Source: Geopsychrobacteraceae bacterium
GTDB lineage: Bacteria > Desulfobacterota > Desulfuromonadia > Desulfuromonadales > Geopsychrobacteraceae
NCBI GenBank assembly: GCA_963662315.1
Contig: OY759353.1
Location: forward strand, 96,001-160,000
Direction: 5' to 3'
DNA length: 64,000 nt
Shown: positions 61,692 to 64,000 of the stretch, piece after piece
How the letters are laid out: each line of letters starts with the position of its first letter
How positions within the stretch are numbered: position 1 is the stretch's first letter
Notes under the pieces: generated by a model
The model's input: the letters and a program-made list of their open reading frames with translations, nothing else
The model's database searches: none
What the model was told of the DNA's origin: nothing
Position numbers and translations under genes: made by a program

Positions 61692-62621
61692 CTATTGAGC
61701 GACCGATTGTGCTTTTATGTAGAGAGTCAACCCGGCCAAGGTCAGAATAATGCCGATGCCGCTAGTGATGGTCGGTAGCGCCCCACCCAGAAGAATGAGC
61801 TCACCGAGTAATGAAAACAGTACCTCACAGGACTGTAAGGAGTCGACGGCTGCAAGTTGATAAGAGTTTTCAGCCAGATGACGGGCTTGCAAAAACAGAG
61901 TTGTGGCGATAACTCCCGAAAAGATGGCAACCTGAAAGGTGCTGACCCATTGCCCAGGGGATGGGGCCGGTGGCTGAACGCACAGATATAAAATGATCCA
62001 GAATGGCGCTGTGCCCAGGGTTAGTAACAGGATGCGTATAAATGGATTATCAAGCAGTTCATTTCTGACCGCAGGTAACAGACGGTTCCCCTGTCGTTGA
62101 GCTTCCCACAGCATCTGATTGCCCAGTGGGTAGGCAATGGCCGCGATCAGTACTGGAACCCCGCCAAGGAGTAACTCCCGGACCGTAACCTGATTGGCCT
62201 GTCCAAGATTGACGGCGATAATGCCGGCAAAGATCACCAGGGTGTAGGCGATGGCCCGCAACGGCACTTTTTTGCCAAACAGAAGCAATACGGCTGGGGT
62301 CGCCAGAATGGTCATCTGCCAAGTCGTTGCAACGACCCAGCCCGGAGCAAAAGTGGCACTGAAGCTGATCAGAGAGTAAAAGACGCCAAATCCTATGCCG
62401 CCGGTCAGACACCAGAAGACCCAGTGTCTGAAAAATAATCTTAAGGTGCCGACAAGTAGCGCTCCTTTACCGGAGACGATCAACCAGCCGACAAGCAGGC
62501 CTGCCATCCACAGGTAACGCAGGGACGCTGTCCAGAACCAGTGCCCTCCACTTAAACTGATCGCTCTGTTAAGAATAAAGGTACTGCTGAAAAATAACGC
62601 GGAAAGCAGCCCGACCAGCAT
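61692..62621 (-). CDS. DMT-superfamily transporter (YjlA-like)
   Basis: FFSSTFILNR, GGHWFWTASLRY, AYPLGN, FSGVIAT; about 10 TM helices. Confidence 0.88.
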   Translation of the reverse strand: MLVGLLSALFFSSTFILNRAISLSGGHWFWTASLRYLWMAGLLVGWLIVSGKGALLVGTLRLFFRHWVFWCLTGGIGFGVFYSLISFSATFAPGWVVATTWQMTILATPAVLLLFGKKVPLRAIAYTLVIFAGIIAVNLGQANQVTVRELLLGGVPVLIAAIAYPLGNQMLWEAQRQGNRLLPAVRNELLDNPFIRILLLTLGTAPFWIILYLCVQPPAPSPGQWVSTFQVAIFSGVIATTLFLQARHLAENSYQLAAVDSLQSCEVLFSLLGELILLGGALPTITSGIGIILTLAGLTLYIKAQSVAQ

Positions 62622-62650
62622 GATTTTCGTCAGGTTGGAATGGTTCTGGT

Positions 62651-62974
62651 TCAGGGCAGGTAATCCTCTCTTAACGGGGCGAAAACTTCAATCGCAACTG
62701 AGTCTGCCAGTACCTCGGCTTTGTGTTCAACCTCTCCGGGGATACACCAGCTATCGCCGGGCTTGACGGTAAAAGTCTGGCCACCGATAGTCAGCAGCAT
62801 ATGGCCACTGACCAGATATCCGGTCTGTTCGTGGGGGTGACTATGGCTTGGCAGCAGGGCGCCCTGTTGCAGACGGAACTCGCTCATCAGGGTTTTATCG
62901 CCATGGACCAGGGTTTTCATTTCAATTTTCTCAATCGCGAGCTTGTAACCTTCTTCGCTGTGACTGCTAAACAT
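62651..62974 (-). CDS. cupin domain protein (KdgF-like)
   Basis: HSHPHEQTGYLVSG, GDSWCIPGEVEH, EVFAPLREDYL; AAGGAG RBS. Confidence 0.88.
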   Translation of the reverse strand: MFSSHSEEGYKLAIEKIEMKTLVHGDKTLMSEFRLQQGALLPSHSHPHEQTGYLVSGHMLLTIGGQTFTVKPGDSWCIPGEVEHKAEVLADSVAIEVFAPLREDYLP

Positions 62975-63122
62975 TGATGCTCCTTTATGTCCTACTTATG
63001 CTGGTAGATTGGTGTAAAGCGTAGTCCCTGTTTAATAATTTCTTGCTGGGCAATGCGTAACGATCCCTATCTTGCTGCCGTGTCAAAGCGACTGCTGTTA
63101 CCCGAAACGACCAAGGCTCCGG

Positions 63123-63265
63123 CAGATTTTGCAATAGCCTTAAAATGGTGCCTTTGTAAAATCACATCTGTTTCGCCATGTCAGCCAGAGACAAATGAAT
63201 CGCGCCACGGTTAAATCTTCTAAGAATAGACAGCGCCCCACGACAGAGCTTAGAGCGTTGCTGCG
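63123..63265 (-). pseudogene. remnant of an IclR-type N-terminal HTH
   Basis: Hand translation ALSILRRFNRGAIHLSLADMAKQM*FYKGTILRLLQNL with an in-frame TGA at 63164-63162. Confidence 0.6.
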
Positions 63266-63420
63266 GGAAGCATTGTTGTTATTTCATTGTCACGATTTAT
63301 CTGCATAATATTGAACGGGATTCATTGAAGTCAATCATCTCTTCCAGATGGCGGTAAGCATTTGTCAATAACGTGGTATTGCCACGAATTGGGGTTGGTG
63401 TTGTTTAAAATAAAATACTA

Positions 63421-64000
63421 TCACTGCGGTCTCATCGTTTCAAATAAGTGATAACTGTCTGTCGCATAACGATATTTTTGGTTTTGCGGCAAAAATAGCT
63501 CTTTGAAAGCGCGTCGTTCAAACAAGTTTAGCTGTAATATTCGTAACATCTGCTGCATGGAGCGTCCGACCTTCGACTGGAACTTCAGGAATGCCAGCAC
63601 TCTTTGTACCATTCAGAGACCGTTGTCGCCGGAATATCCAGTGCGTTGGACACAAATTCGTGAGTGATGTTGGTCTCAGCATCCAGATACACGACCTTAC
63701 GGTATACGCCGTCGATGCCTTGCAACTGAATTTTCTGATCTCATTGCACTCCTGGGTTTTCCCGGCTCCTTTCTCCTTGCGGTACTTTGCCCAGGGAAAC
63801 AGGGACCGCGTCAGGTCAATCATTGATGCATCCAGGAGAAAAAGCTTCTGTTTAAACTTGAACCGCTTTCGCGGTGCGCAACTCTGGCTGCGAGCCAGTA
63901 ACTGCTGAAATAAGGCCTCGTAGATCTGATGAGGCTGTGTTTCATTCGCTCTGTCCCAGGTTGCCCGGCTGAATGGCCTGACACCAAGGTGGTAGCGCTT
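63421..64000 (-). mobile_element. degenerate IS4-family transposase (internal deletions; runs off window)
   Basis: Three fragments in different frames: ...LFLLDASMIDLTRSLFPWAKYRKEKG, DQKIQL...YRKVVYLDAET...EFVSN...WYKECW, and LAFLKFQSK...LRILQLNLFERR. Confidence 0.85.

Overview
Core-genome segment of a deltaproteobacterium, most likely order Desulfuromonadales. This is inferred from gene order and protein character, not from a database search. Housekeeping blocks: leuB; ecfT-truA; rplM-rpsI; argC; queA-tgt-yajC-secDF-TPR-recJ-murB; ettA; phoH-7TM/HD-ybeY-corC-lnt; kdsB-pyrG-kdsADC-lptCAB-rpoN-hpf-ptsN-hprK-rapZ-mannose-type PTS IIABCD-HPr-EI; metK; aguAB; mntP; a cyclophilin. Poorly explained accessory modules sit between them. 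(1) A membrane-anchored pseudokinase-TPR-NTF2-like protein coupled to a TPR-L,D-transpeptidase with a paralogous C-terminal domain. (2) A HEAT-repeat / HD-GYP pair whose N-terminal domains are visibly homologous. (3) A translationally coupled MoxR-type AAA+ / degenerate-peptidase-VWA / small unknown protein triad, lying between two orphan response regulators. (4) An mntP leader with a hexamer repeat, a (Thr-Asp)5 uORF and crossing stems. The right end holds decaying DNA: an IclR-type HTH remnant and a doubly deleted IS4-family transposase. No rRNA, tRNA or CRISPR array was recognised.
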